Position numbers and translations under genes: made by a program. Under the pieces are notes generated by a model. It made no database searches. It was not told where the DNA came from and saw nothing but the letters and a program-made list of their open reading frames with translations. Of a stretch of 64,000 bases of DNA, positions 21,844-32,422 are shown piece by piece. The stretch is from Escherichia coli (lineage in GTDB: Bacteria > Pseudomonadota > Gammaproteobacteria > Enterobacterales > Enterobacteriaceae): NCBI RefSeq assembly GCF_009931435.1, contig NZ_CP043414.1. The stretch is one strand, 5' to 3'. Position 1 is the stretch's first letter; every line of letters starts with the position of its first letter.

Positions 21844-21879
21844 CATTTACTCCAATCACGCGGGTACAGAAACTGACTT

Positions 21880-22083
21880 TTAGTAATTCACCTGGGATGG
21901 GCCATCGCCAGTGGCGCGGTCGTTTTTATCCGGCACCGTGGATTGCGTTTGCGTCTCTACCGGTTTGGTCGGTGGCGGTGCGTTTTTATCTGCAGGCGGG
22001 AAATAGAGCGGACCTTTCAGACCGCAGCCCGTCAGGCTGAAGAGAGTAAGTAATACAGTGAGTGCCTTAAACACGTTTTTCAT
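21880..22083 (-). CDS. lptM: small lipoprotein LptM (YifL)
   Basis: 67 aa; lipobox LTGC in MKNVFKALTVLLTLFSLTGC, followed by a Pro-rich tail. Confidence 0.85.
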   Translation of the reverse strand: MKNVFKALTVLLTLFSLTGCGLKGPLYFPPADKNAPPPTKPVETQTQSTVPDKNDRATGDGPSQVNY

Positions 22084-22271
22084 TATGGATTGCCTGTAAA
22101 GTTCATCGCTTTCTGCTTTCTATCATCGCAGGAGAAGACGTAAAAGCAAGCGTTTAGCGACTCTTTATGAAGTCTGAAAAATGAGGAATTGCTGCGAGTA
22201 TAACGCTTACACGTGGGGATTTATGTTTTGCTGATAGTTTCGTGATCGGCACCTCGCGCCAGGATGGCTTT

Positions 22272-24299
22272 ATGCACTATCGCAATGTGGTTTGTTTGTT
22301 GTCTTTTTTAGTTCCGTCAGCGTGGGGATGCTCGCTCGGTGAACCTGATCATAATATTTACCAGAAACAGGGAAAAGGCGTGGTATACCTGCGCCCTAAT
22401 GAAGAGACAAATCTTTCGTTACCGGAAGTAAATTACCAGCGACTGCGTCGTTTACCTGATTTATTCATTGTTCCTGACACCCAGGACGATGGGGAAAAAG
22501 AACCGCCGTTAAACGACCTTACCACCGATTATATTGATCAGGGCGCATGGGCCTGGTATCCAAATTATGCTTACTTTAGCGATGGCCGTTTTGTTATTTA
22601 TGCGGGCAAGATTGTACAAAATCCATCTGGTTATCCACCGGTCGATGTAGCCTCGTTCCATTCATGGGGCGATTTTGCCGTCGATAAAAACAGCATTTAT
22701 TACAAAGGCCAACGGACAGATGAAAATGGCGGCAAGCAACGCGTCGATGAAAAAACGCTGCGCAAAGTAGGATTAGGTAGCCGTTGGATGCCTGATCGGC
22801 TGGGATTGGTGCTACGTGACGCGCATTTTCTTTATATCGATGGGCACCGTTTTGATAACCCAGAGAGTTTTTCCGTGATCGCGCAAAAATCCTGGGGTCA
22901 ACAAGGGAAATTCGCTTCAACGTTTTTTCCCTGCATTGCCTACCCCTTTGGCCCGTGGGATATGCTTACCCGCACACGAACAAAGTTGCTGATCAATGGA
23001 GAGCAACTGGATGCAGATCCGGACAATTTTTCTGTCGTTCGCTGGATGCCCGGCACCCTGTTTAGCTGGCGTGATAAACACGGCGAGCATCGTAAAGTCA
23101 TTGATCAGGTTCGTTTGGCAAGGAATGAAGATATATCCCGGCAATGTGACAACTTTACGCTGTTAGAAAAAAAGGTGTTCTGGCGCAAGGGGCCAGATTG
23201 TGAGCAGGAAGAATTACCCAGTCTCGACCCGGAGCAGTTTCACCCGATCAGTGACATCGTGGCGCAGTATCAGGACAAGTTGTATGCAATCAGTAAGACC
23301 CCCTTCGGTGAAAATCAGTTGGAGATCATCACCCTGGATAACCCGAATCTGATCATCAATAAACGTTTTAATGCCGGAAGGCATCATGGCTATTTAATCA
23401 CCCGATCAACAAATTGGGACGGACATGAGAAAGACGGTTTACAGGTGTTTGAATCCGTTGGCCCACTGATACTGCTGGACTACCGTGTGCCGAATGAAGC
23501 AGATGCACACCGTGGCAATAACCCGCATTACAAAAAATGGTTTGCTCGCGACGATCGTTACGTTTATGCATTCGATGGTGCGCAGCTTTGGCGTTACCCT
23601 ACGCAATATCCCAAAGCGGCACGTATCAAAGCCGCTAAAGACGACTGGCTGAACGTCAGCCTTAGCCAATTGGACGGTGAGATAATGAAAGATGGCTCAT
23701 TTACTCCCACTGGCATCAAGCACACATCCTCTTTAAAACCCGCCAAGGCATACGAAGATGGGGACAATGAATCTTCATTTATCGTAAATAAATCGGGAGT
23801 AGGCTGGCGAAAAGCGCTTTCACCCGACCTGCAATGGAGTGAGTGGCATTACCTGGAAGGCATTTATCCAAAAAAGTTACATCTGATTACCGAACGTATT
23901 GCACAGTACAAAAACCAACTCTACGTCGTCAGGCGCTCGCATTTTGGAGAAGATCGGCTAGAAATCATAGAGTTGGAGTCATCTTTGCCCATCAAAAATA
24001 AACCGATAAATACGGGCAAGGAGCGTCATTACTTTCTGCAAAGTACCCGACAAAAACAGGATGTGCAGGTATTCACCAGCAGCGGTGCGCTGATAGCAAC
24101 GGAGCGCTTTGCTTATGACGATAGCTATGTCTACACCTGGATTGACGATCAGCTTTATCGCACACCCTCCCCCTGCCCAGCGAAAACATACGTCAGAGAA
24201 AAGAATGTCCGTGAAATTCATAACAGCGACATTATTATTCCGGTGACGGAGGAATCGTGCCGGAACGCAGCAGCAGACGGGCAAACTTTGAAGCCCTGA
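22272..24299 (+). CDS. hypothetical exported repeat protein, DKNYY-like motifs (accessory)
   Basis: Longest ORF starts at GTG 22242; ATG at 22272 has an AGGA SD about 8 nt upstream and gives signal peptide MHYRNVVCLLSFLVPSAWG followed by Cys. Internal duplication (QYQDKLYAISKTPFGENQLEIITLD versus QYKNQLYVVRRSHFGEDRLEIIELE). Motif DKNSIYYKG. Start choice is uncertain. Confidence 0.65.
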   Translation: MHYRNVVCLLSFLVPSAWGCSLGEPDHNIYQKQGKGVVYLRPNEETNLSLPEVNYQRLRRLPDLFIVPDTQDDGEKEPPLNDLTTDYIDQGAWAWYPNYAYFSDGRFVIYAGKIVQNPSGYPPVDVASFHSWGDFAVDKNSIYYKGQRTDENGGKQRVDEKTLRKVGLGSRWMPDRLGLVLRDAHFLYIDGHRFDNPESFSVIAQKSWGQQGKFASTFFPCIAYPFGPWDMLTRTRTKLLINGEQLDADPDNFSVVRWMPGTLFSWRDKHGEHRKVIDQVRLARNEDISRQCDNFTLLEKKVFWRKGPDCEQEELPSLDPEQFHPISDIVAQYQDKLYAISKTPFGENQLEIITLDNPNLIINKRFNAGRHHGYLITRSTNWDGHEKDGLQVFESVGPLILLDYRVPNEADAHRGNNPHYKKWFARDDRYVYAFDGAQLWRYPTQYPKAARIKAAKDDWLNVSLSQLDGEIMKDGSFTPTGIKHTSSLKPAKAYEDGDNESSFIVNKSGVGWRKALSPDLQWSEWHYLEGIYPKKLHLITERIAQYKNQLYVVRRSHFGEDRLEIIELESSLPIKNKPINTGKERHYFLQSTRQKQDVQVFTSSGALIATERFAYDDSYVYTWIDDQLYRTPSPCPAKTYVREKNVREIHNSDIIIPVTEESCRNAAADGQTLKP

Positions 24300-24346
24300 C
24301 ACCATGCCGCTATACTGCCGCCATCACCTAAAAACAGGAAACAACA

Positions 24347-24667
24347 ATGAACGACAGTGAATTTCATCGCCTGGCCGATACCCTGTGGCTGACCATTGAA
24401 GAACGTCTGGACGACTGGGATGGCGACAGCGATATCGACTGCGAAATCAACGGCGGTGTGCTGACCATTACCTTTGAAAATGGCAGCAAAATCATTATCA
24501 ACCGTCAGGAACCGCTGCACCAGGTGTGGCTGGCAACCAAACAGGGTGGCTACCATTTTGACCTGAAAGGCGACGAATGGATTTGCGACCGTAGCGGCGA
24601 AACCTTCTGGGATTTGCTGGAACAGGCGGCAACGCAGCAAGCGGGTGAAACAGTCAGTTTCCGCTAA
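24347..24667 (+). CDS. cyaY: frataxin homolog CyaY (iron-sulfur cluster assembly)
   Basis: 106 aa, [33 protein letters not shown] matches CyaY. Confidence 0.95.
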   Translation: MNDSEFHRLADTLWLTIEERLDDWDGDSDIDCEINGGVLTITFENGSKIIINRQEPLHQVWLATKQGGYHFDLKGDEWICDRSGETFWDLLEQAATQQAGETVSFR

Positions 24668-24706
24668 GATTGCATGCCGGATAAGCCTCGCTTTCCGGCA
24701 CGTTCA

Positions 24707-27253
24707 TCACGAAAAATACTGCTGTAATAGCGGCGTGTCGTGATCCTGATTGGCAGGCGGCATGTTGCCGATAGATTTGGTGCGGAACGGAATCACCTGT
24801 TCACGACCATCAACCTTCACAATCTGATAGAACTGCGGCAGGTTGAAGTTGATGAAGCTTGAGCCGTAGGTAAAACGGTCGTGCGATGACGAGTAGAAGC
24901 GACTGACGTCACGCACCAGCTCCTCTTTGCTGCCTTCGCAGTGGTGATACACCTCAACCCGGTTGCTTTCGTCGAGAATGTAGATATTAAAGCCATTCTC
25001 GTCTTGCGTTTCTTCGAAGAAGAACTGGATGATCCCTTCGCTGGCAAAGCCGTCCACCACCGCCGGTAATTTGACGTGATTGGTTTCAACCTGCACTGAC
25101 AGGCCGTGCAGTTTGTTATGCGAAATAGCGCCATAAAACTCAATGGCATTTTCCAGTTTCTGTACCGATACATTCAGCCGTTCGAAGAACAACCCCCAGG
25201 TTTGACCAGAAACGCGCAGCGCCTTGAAGCGCCCTGTTTCCTGACGGGTGCTGGACAGACGCAGTTCAATACACTCAGAAACCAGTTGCTGCACGCGAGT
25301 ACGGATTAAGCCGCGCAGATGCTGGCTGTAGCAGAAGACTTCCACGCTATCTGGCGGTGCGGCGTCCTGATGCATTTTACCGAGAATAGTTTTCAGGGCT
25401 TCGATCATCGACTGCTCGCCGTTGAAGTGCAGCGTACGCACTTCGTTCCACGAGTTGCGGTACAGCAGGTCCACGCTACCTACCAGGCAATTTTGGTTTT
25501 CGCCAAAGCTGAAGACGTCCAGCTTACGGAAATCAAAATGCACCACCTGATTGCGGAACGCAGCTGTCGGGTCATATTCCAGGTTAACGATAATCGCCAG
25601 ATGGCGAATTTCACACGGGCTGTAGAGCGCTTTTGGCGTCGGTGCAGGCAGGCGCAGCGGGAAATGGTGCGACACATCGGCGACCATCTCCTGCAACTTA
25701 GGCAAATCGACAATGCCGTTGCCTTTAATATACAAGCGGGTGCGCGAGGTCAGCAGGCCGTTAAACCATGCCCACGCCACCAGTTTATTCAGGTAACGGT
25801 TATATTCCAGCGGCTGATGGCTGATGATCGACTCAATATTTGGCGCGCGGTTATACAGATACCAACCTGAACGGTTAGCCCGGCCCGGCGGCACATAAAT
25901 AAAGGTCAGATTCGGTTCCGAGAGATCGGGCGAAATCTGCGGGTTTACCAGCGTCACTTTACCTGGCAATGCTTCAAACGCGGCGTACAGTTTACGCGTC
26001 AGAACACCGATATCCTGTGGGCTGGCGGAGACGCTAAGGTTATTGCGACGCGCAAAGCGGATCAGATTACGGTAGCTCTGCATCATTGCATCGAGCAGCT
26101 CGTTGTGCGCCTCACGCACCTGATCAATCTTCCAGTTAGCGCGGTTATCGAGCATTGCAAGACGACCATCGTCCCATTCCCACTCTTTCACTAACTGGGT
26201 TAGCACTTCACGACGCCAGCCTACACAGGCGCGTTCACGGCTGAGTTTTTCGCACACTTTTAAATAGAAGCAGCGACGCACTAAATCCAGACGGGTGAAA
26301 TCTTCAATCGCCGTCAGGTATTCAGTAACACGCTCCAGCATCATGCAGTACGGATCGAGACCAAACGATACAATCTCGCCATCGTGCAAACGCTGTTTGA
26401 TATCTTTCGCCAGCAGACGTGGGTTCGGGTATTCCCAGGAATAGGCTTCCAGCAGCAGTGTTTTCAGCACCGCTTTGTATGGGGAATCGATACTCTTATA
26501 GAGCTGCCAAAGGCTGGCACCAAAGTACTCTTCGGCAGAAAGTGAGCTTAAGCCGCCGAGATCCAGCCATTCATTAGGAGTAAGCACGCCCTGCGCGTAA
26601 AGCGTCATCACATAGTCGTCGTAATGCTCTTCTTCGTCACACGGCACCATATTCCACAGAATACGCTTACCCGCGAGACGCACGGCAGTGCGATAAAATT
26701 CGTCAAGCAGCAGTATATGCTGGGTGGAGCCACAATCTTCGCCCCCCAGGCTGCCGCTTTCATTATGACGGAAGCGATTTTCATCAATCAGGAAGAAGCT
26801 AACTTCCACGCCCAGCGAGGCGGCCCAGCTTTCCAGCAGGCTGCATTTACGTTGTAGTAACTGGCGCTCTTCGCTATCAAGCCAGGATTGATGACAGACC
26901 CAGATATCCAGGTCAGAGGAACAACTTTGCCCTACGGACGAGGTGCTGCCCATGGTGTATACACCAGTAATTGGAAGCTCACCTTTCGGCGGATCCTGTA
27001 CTGACATTCCACGATACAGTTCAAGCTCGTTCAGGTAGTGGCGTTGAGTTTCATCAGGCGTGTAAAGGCAAATGCCTTTGGGAACGTTACCATCAAGGTA
27101 ACCCGGCATTAGCGGATGGTGATAGTGCAACAATGTCGGCAGTAGACTGTAGACCTGTTGGAATGCAGGCCCCATAGCAGCAAGCGCGCGATCCACACGC
27201 AATTGATTTATGGCATCCAGTCTCTGTTTCAGAGTCTCAATATAGAGGTACAA
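24707..27253 (-). CDS. cyaA: adenylate cyclase (class I)
   Basis: 848 aa, [37 protein letters not shown]; non-ATG start as known for cyaA. Confidence 0.96.
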   Translation of the reverse strand: MYLYIETLKQRLDAINQLRVDRALAAMGPAFQQVYSLLPTLLHYHHPLMPGYLDGNVPKGICLYTPDETQRHYLNELELYRGMSVQDPPKGELPITGVYTMGSTSSVGQSCSSDLDIWVCHQSWLDSEERQLLQRKCSLLESWAASLGVEVSFFLIDENRFRHNESGSLGGEDCGSTQHILLLDEFYRTAVRLAGKRILWNMVPCDEEEHYDDYVMTLYAQGVLTPNEWLDLGGLSSLSAEEYFGASLWQLYKSIDSPYKAVLKTLLLEAYSWEYPNPRLLAKDIKQRLHDGEIVSFGLDPYCMMLERVTEYLTAIEDFTRLDLVRRCFYLKVCEKLSRERACVGWRREVLTQLVKEWEWDDGRLAMLDNRANWKIDQVREAHNELLDAMMQSYRNLIRFARRNNLSVSASPQDIGVLTRKLYAAFEALPGKVTLVNPQISPDLSEPNLTFIYVPPGRANRSGWYLYNRAPNIESIISHQPLEYNRYLNKLVAWAWFNGLLTSRTRLYIKGNGIVDLPKLQEMVADVSHHFPLRLPAPTPKALYSPCEIRHLAIIVNLEYDPTAAFRNQVVHFDFRKLDVFSFGENQNCLVGSVDLLYRNSWNEVRTLHFNGEQSMIEALKTILGKMHQDAAPPDSVEVFCYSQHLRGLIRTRVQQLVSECIELRLSSTRQETGRFKALRVSGQTWGLFFERLNVSVQKLENAIEFYGAISHNKLHGLSVQVETNHVKLPAVVDGFASEGIIQFFFEETQDENGFNIYILDESNRVEVYHHCEGSKEELVRDVSRFYSSSHDRFTYGSSFINFNLPQFYQIVKVDGREQVIPFRTKSIGNMPPANQDHDTPLLQQYFS

Positions 27254-27639
27254 GACGTATCGCCTGATTTGCTACCCGTCATGACTGTGATTCCGCCAAC
27301 ATCAACGGTAACACGCGGCATTCGGGATATTTCGTATGTCAAAGGTAACCGTTACCACTTTTCGCGCCTGGTTTTTTTAGTTTCACGACGAAAAAATGGT
27401 CTAAAACGTGATCAATTTAACACCTTGCTGATTGACCGTAAAGAAAGATGCGCTACATACAAGTGTAGCACCGTTTATTCTCTGTAAATTCCTTATTACG
27501 ACGGCGTGAAACGCCTGTCAGGATCCACTGCCAGACCTCATTTTACGGTTTGCGCAGGCGTCTACGTTTCACCACAACACTGACATCGCTCTGGCAAGGA
27601 TGTTAGGATGGACCACGGATGATAATGACGGTAACAAGC

Positions 27640-28581
27640 ATGTTAGACAATGTTTTAAGAATTGCCACACGCCAAAGCCCACTTGCACTCTGGCAGGCAC
27701 ACTATGTCAAAGACAAGTTGATGGCGAGCCATCCGGGCCTGGTCGTTGAACTGGTACCGATGGTGACGCGCGGCGATGTGATTCTTGATACGCCGCTGGC
27801 GAAAGTAGGCGGAAAAGGCTTATTTGTAAAAGAGCTGGAAGTCGCGCTCCTCGAAAATCGCGCCGATATCGCCGTACATTCAATGAAAGATGTGCCGGTT
27901 GAATTCCCGCAAGGTCTGGGGCTGGTCACCATTTGCGAGCGTGAAGATCCTCGCGATGCCTTTGTGTCCAATAACTATGACAGTCTGGATGCGTTACCTG
28001 CAGGCAGTATCGTCGGGACGTCCAGTTTACGTCGCCAGTGCCAACTGGCTGAACGCCGCCCGGATCTGATTATCCGCTCCCTGCGCGGCAACGTCGGCAC
28101 TCGCCTGAGCAAACTGGATAACGGCGAATACGATGCCATCATTCTTGCCGTAGCCGGACTAAAACGTTTAGGTCTGGAGTCACGCATTCGCGCCGCGTTG
28201 CCACCCGAGATTTCTCTTCCGGCGGTAGGACAAGGTGCGGTCGGTATTGAATGCCGCCTTAATGATACTCGCACTCGCGAGCTGCTTGCCGCGCTGAATC
28301 ACCACGAAACTGCACTGCGTGTTACCGCAGAACGCGCCATGAATACCCGTCTCGAAGGCGGATGTCAGGTGCCAATTGGTAGCTACGCCGAGCTTATTGA
28401 TGGCGAAATCTGGCTGCGTGCGCTGGTCGGCGCGCCGGACGGTTCGCAGATTATTCGCGGTGAACGCCGCGGTGCGCCGCAAGATGCCGAACAAATGGGG
28501 ATTTCGCTGGCAGAAGAGCTACTGAATAACGGCGCGCGCGAGATCCTTGCTGAAGTCTATAACGGAGACGCCCCGGCATGA
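27640..28581 (+). CDS. hemC: porphobilinogen deaminase (hydroxymethylbilane synthase)
   Basis: Start trimmed to ATG at 27640 ([23 protein letters not shown]); 313 aa. Confidence 0.95.
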   Translation: MLDNVLRIATRQSPLALWQAHYVKDKLMASHPGLVVELVPMVTRGDVILDTPLAKVGGKGLFVKELEVALLENRADIAVHSMKDVPVEFPQGLGLVTICEREDPRDAFVSNNYDSLDALPAGSIVGTSSLRRQCQLAERRPDLIIRSLRGNVGTRLSKLDNGEYDAIILAVAGLKRLGLESRIRAALPPEISLPAVGQGAVGIECRLNDTRTRELLAALNHHETALRVTAERAMNTRLEGGCQVPIGSYAELIDGEIWLRALVGAPDGSQIIRGERRGAPQDAEQMGISLAEELLNNGAREILAEVYNGDAPA

Positions 28582-29318
28582 GTATCTTGGTCACCCGCCC
28601 GTCTCCCGCTGGAGAAGAGTTAGTGAGCCGTCTGCGCACACTGGGGCAGGTGGCCTGGCATTTTCCGCTGATTGAGTTTTCTCCGGGTCGACAATTACCG
28701 CAACTTGCTGATCAACTGGCAGCGCTGGGGGAGAGGGATCTGTTGTTTGCCCTCTCGCAACACGCGGTTGCTTTTGCCCAATCACAGCTGCATCAGCAAG
28801 ATCGTAAATGGCCCCGACTACCTGATTATTTTGCCATTGGACGGACCACCGCACTGGCGCTACATACCGTAAGCGGACAGAAGATTCTCTACCCGCAGGA
28901 TCGGGAAATCAGCGAAGTCTTGCTACAATTACCTGAATTACAAAATATTGCGGGCAAACGTGCGCTGATATTACGTGGCAATGGCGGTCGTGAGCTAATT
29001 GGGGATACCCTGACGGCGCGCGGTGCTGAGGTCACTTTTTGTGAATGTTATCAACGATGCGCAATCCATTACGATGGCGCAGAAGAAGCGATGCGCTGGC
29101 AATCCCGCGAGGTGACGACGGTCGTTGTTACCAGCGGTGAAATGTTGCAGCAACTCTGGTCGCTGATCCCACAATGGTATCGTGAGCACTGGTTACTACG
29201 CTGTCGACTATTGGTCGTCAGTGAGCGTTTGGCGAAACTCGCCCGGGAACTGGGCTGGCAAGACATTAAGGTCGCCGATAACGCTGACAACGATGCGCTT
29301 TTACGGGCATTACAATAA
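28578..29318 (+). CDS. hemD: uroporphyrinogen-III synthase
   Basis: 246 aa; 4-nt overlap with the hemC stop; conserved hemCDXY order. Confidence 0.93.
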   Translation: MSILVTRPSPAGEELVSRLRTLGQVAWHFPLIEFSPGRQLPQLADQLAALGERDLLFALSQHAVAFAQSQLHQQDRKWPRLPDYFAIGRTTALALHTVSGQKILYPQDREISEVLLQLPELQNIAGKRALILRGNGGRELIGDTLTARGAEVTFCECYQRCAIHYDGAEEAMRWQSREVTTVVVTSGEMLQQLWSLIPQWYREHWLLRCRLLVVSERLAKLARELGWQDIKVADNADNDALLRALQ

Positions 29319-29339
29319 CTCTCATAACAGGAAGCCATA

Positions 29340-30545
29340 ATGACGGAACAAGAAAAAACCTCCGCCGTGGTTGAAGAGACCAGGGAGGCCGTGGACACCA
29401 CGTCACAACCTGTCGCAACAGAAAAAAAGAGCAAGAACAACACCGCATTGATTCTCAGCGCGGTGGCTATCGCTATTGCTCTGGCGGCGGGCGTCGGTTT
29501 GTATGGCTGGGGTAAACAACAGGCCGTCAATCAGACTGCCACCAGCGATGCCCTGGCTAACCAACTTACGGCACTGCAAAAAGCCCAGGAGAGCCAAAAA
29601 GCCGAGCTGGAAGGCATTATCAAGCAACAAGCTGTACAGCTTGAGCAAGCGAATCGTCAGCAAGAAACGCTGGCAAAACAGCTGGATGAAGTCCAACAAA
29701 AGGTCGCGACTATTTCCGGCAGCGATGCTAAAACCTGGCTGCTGGCTCAGGCTGATTTCCTGGTGAAACTCGCCGGAAGGAAGCTGTGGAGCGATCAGGA
29801 CGTCACGACCGCTGCAGCGTTGCTGAAAAGTGCAGATGCCAGCCTGGCGGATATGAATGACCCGAGTCTGATTACCGTTCGTCGGGCAATTACCGATGAT
29901 ATCGCCAGCCTTTCTGCGGTATCGCAGGTGGATTATGACGGCATCATCCTTAAGCTGAACCAGCTTTCTAATCAGGTAGATAACCTGCGTCTGGCCGATA
30001 ATGACAGCGATGGTTCACCGATGGATTCCGACGGTGAAGAGCTTTCCAGTTCCCTCAGCGAATGGCGTATCAATCTACAAAAAAGCTGGCAGAACTTTAT
30101 GGACAACTTCATTACGATTCGCCGTCGTGATGACACCGCCGTACCACTGTTAGCACCGAATCAGGATATCTATCTGCGCGAAAATATTCGCTCCCGCCTG
30201 CTGGTCGCGGCACAAGCCGTACCGCGTCATCAGGAAGAGACTTACCGCCAGGCGCTGGAGAACGTCTCCACCTGGGTTCGTGCTTATTACGATACTGATG
30301 ATGCCACCACCAAAGCGTTCCTCGACGAGGTGGATCAGCTAAGTCAGCAAAATATCTCGATGGATCTCCCGGAAACCCTGCAAAGCCAGGCGATGCTGGA
30401 AAAACTGATGCAGACTCGCGTGCGTAACCTGCTGGCACAACCGGCAGCGGGGACAACGGAAGCTAAACCTGCACCTGCACCTGCACCTGCACCTGCACCT
30501 GCACCGCAAGCTGATACTCCGGCAGCCGCGCCGCAAGGAGAATAA
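29340..30545 (+). CDS. hemX: HemX (putative uroporphyrinogen-III C-methyltransferase-like membrane protein)
   Basis: 401 aa; N-terminal TM segment, coiled-coil-like Q/A/E-rich region, C-terminal (PA)n repeat. Confidence 0.9.
   Translation: MTEQEKTSAVVEETREAVDTTSQPVATEKKSKNNTALILSAVAIAIALAAGVGLYGWGKQQAVNQTATSDALANQLTALQKAQESQKAELEGIIKQQAVQLEQANRQQETLAKQLDEVQQKVATISGSDAKTWLLAQADFLVKLAGRKLWSDQDVTTAAALLKSADASLADMNDPSLITVRRAITDDIASLSAVSQVDYDGIILKLNQLSNQVDNLRLADNDSDGSPMDSDGEELSSSLSEWRINLQKSWQNFMDNFITIRRRDDTAVPLLAPNQDIYLRENIRSRLLVAAQAVPRHQEETYRQALENVSTWVRAYYDTDDATTKAFLDEVDQLSQQNISMDLPETLQSQAMLEKLMQTRVRNLLAQPAAGTTEAKPAPAPAPAPAPAPQADTPAAAPQGE
30468..30497. repeat. hexanucleotide tandem repeat (CCTGCA)x5 inside hemX, encoding (Pro-Ala)n
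   Basis: cctgcacctgcacctgcacctgcacctgca read directly; in-frame so copy-number change keeps the frame. Confidence 0.8.
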
Positions 30546-30547
30546 CC

Positions 30548-31744
30548 ATGCTAAAAGTGTTGTTGCTCTTTGTTTTGCTGATTGCGGGGATAGTGGTTGG
30601 CCCGATGATTGCCGGTCATCAGGGTTACGTATTGATTCAGACCGACAACTACAATATCGAAACCAGCGTCACTGGCCTGGCGATTATTTTGATTCTGGCG
30701 ATGGTAGTGCTGTTTGCCATTGAGTGGCTACTGCGGCGGATCTTCCGCACAGGCGCACACACCCGTGGGTGGTTTGTCGGACGTAAGCGTCGCCGTGCCC
30801 GTAAGCAGACCGAACAGGCGCTGCTGAAACTAGCGGAAGGCGATTATCAGCAAGTTGAAAAGCTGATGGCGAAAAATGCCGATCACGCTGAACAACCGGT
30901 GGTGAACTATCTGCTGGCTGCCGAAGCCGCGCAACAACGCGGTGATGAAGCACGCGCCAACCAACATCTGGAACGCGCAGCGGAGCTGGCCGGCAACGAC
31001 ACAATTCCGGTAGAAATCACCCGTGTACGTCTGCAACTGGCCCGTAATGAAAACCATGCAGCACGTCACGGCGTTGATAAGCTGCTGGAAGTTACGCCAC
31101 GCCATCCGGAAGTATTACGTCTGGCGGAACAGGCGTATATCCGCACTGGTGCATGGAGTTCGCTGCTGGATATCATCCCATCAATGGCAAAAGCCCACGT
31201 TGGCGATGAAGAGCATCGTGCAATGCTGGAACAACAGGCATGGATTGGCCTGATGGATCAGGCGCGTGCCGATAACGGTAGCGAAGGTTTGCGTAACTGG
31301 TGGAAAAACCAAAGCCGGAAAACGCGTCATCAGGTGGCGTTACAGGTGGCAATGGCGGAACATCTTATTGAATGTGACGATCATGATACTGCCCAGCAAA
31401 TTATCATCGACGGCCTGAAACGCCAGTATGACGATCGCCTGCTGCTGCCGATCCCGCGTCTGAAAACCAATAACCCGGAACAGCTGGAAAAAGTGCTGCG
31501 CCAACAGATCAAAAACGTGGGCGATCGCCCGTTGTTGTGGAGCACACTGGGTCAGTCGCTGATGAAGCACGGCGAATGGCAGGAAGCATCGCTCGCCTTC
31601 CGCGCGGCGCTGAAACAACGTCCGGACGCCTACGATTACGCATGGCTTGCCGACGCGCTGGACAGACTGCACAAGCCGGAAGAAGCCGCAGCGATGCGTC
31701 GCGATGGCTTGATGCTAACGTTGCAGAACAACCCGCCACAGTAG
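30548..31744 (+). CDS. hemY: HemY (TPR-containing inner membrane protein, heme biosynthesis-associated)
   Basis: 398 aa; two N-terminal TM segments then TPR-like repeats; starts 2 nt after the hemX stop. Confidence 0.93.
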   Translation: MLKVLLLFVLLIAGIVVGPMIAGHQGYVLIQTDNYNIETSVTGLAIILILAMVVLFAIEWLLRRIFRTGAHTRGWFVGRKRRRARKQTEQALLKLAEGDYQQVEKLMAKNADHAEQPVVNYLLAAEAAQQRGDEARANQHLERAAELAGNDTIPVEITRVRLQLARNENHAARHGVDKLLEVTPRHPEVLRLAEQAYIRTGAWSSLLDIIPSMAKAHVGDEEHRAMLEQQAWIGLMDQARADNGSEGLRNWWKNQSRKTRHQVALQVAMAEHLIECDDHDTAQQIIIDGLKRQYDDRLLLPIPRLKTNNPEQLEKVLRQQIKNVGDRPLLWSTLGQSLMKHGEWQEASLAFRAALKQRPDAYDYAWLADALDRLHKPEEAAAMRRDGLMLTLQNNPPQ

Positions 31745-31789
31745 CTCTTTCTCACCCGGAGGCAAGCACCTCCGGGGCCTTTCTGATAT

Positions 31790-31998
31790 ATAAAAAAACG
31801 CCTGCTCTTATTACGGAGCAGGCGTTAAAACAGGTCTGTATGACAACAAGTGGGTGCTTCACTCAACGTTGTGTCCATGGTGTCTGATGAGGCATAAGCG
31901 ACATCTGTCAGTGGACGATAAGCACCGTAAACGGCTCTGCGTCATTCCGGAGTTTATGAGGCACTAAGGCGAACATAAGAGATGGAATGAGCATCTAC
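31790..31998 (-). ncRNA. glmZ: GlmZ small regulatory RNA
   Basis: Minus strand reads GUAGAUGCUCAUUCCAUCUCUUAUGUUCGCCUUAGUGCC ... ending in hairpin AAGAGCAGGCGUUUUUUU, matching the remembered GlmZ sequence; located between hemY and aslA as in K-12. Confidence 0.8.
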
Positions 31999-32422
31999 TC
32001 GTTTATTATGCCACAGAGAACCGGGAAATAACATCCCTTAACACTTGTTATGAGATAATTCTGTAATCCTCTTTGCTTCCTGAGTAATAACTTCCTGAGT
32101 GAATATTTCTCCTGCGCACGATTCTACACATATATATAATGAATAATAAAAGTCATTCAATTAATAACATATATATTAATTGCTGTTAAAACTAAAAACA
32201 GCATCAATAATCAACGCGATATAACATCACCGCCTTACATATCACCTGCGCCAGAGGTAGGATTGAAAACGCTCTCCTGATTTTCCAATTCATTATCTGG
32301 ATAAATAAATAATTTATTTTCATCACTATTATTTATGCAATCATCCTGTCAGGGAGAGGGATCTCAATTATCAATGCTTAATTACGTCAACATTTTGACG
32401 ACATGAAACCGGAGCATTTTGC

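Noticed and set aside
24668-24706. Hairpin gccgga...tccggc between convergent cyaY and cyaA considered as a REP or terminator
   Set aside because: Short imperfect stem without a clear U-tract; may be a weak bidirectional terminator but the evidence is too thin for a feature call.
30468-30497. Short perfect tandem repeats considered as a CRISPR array
   Set aside because: The repeat unit is 6 bp with no spacers, lies in-frame inside hemX, and no cas genes are present. No CRISPR array exists in this window.
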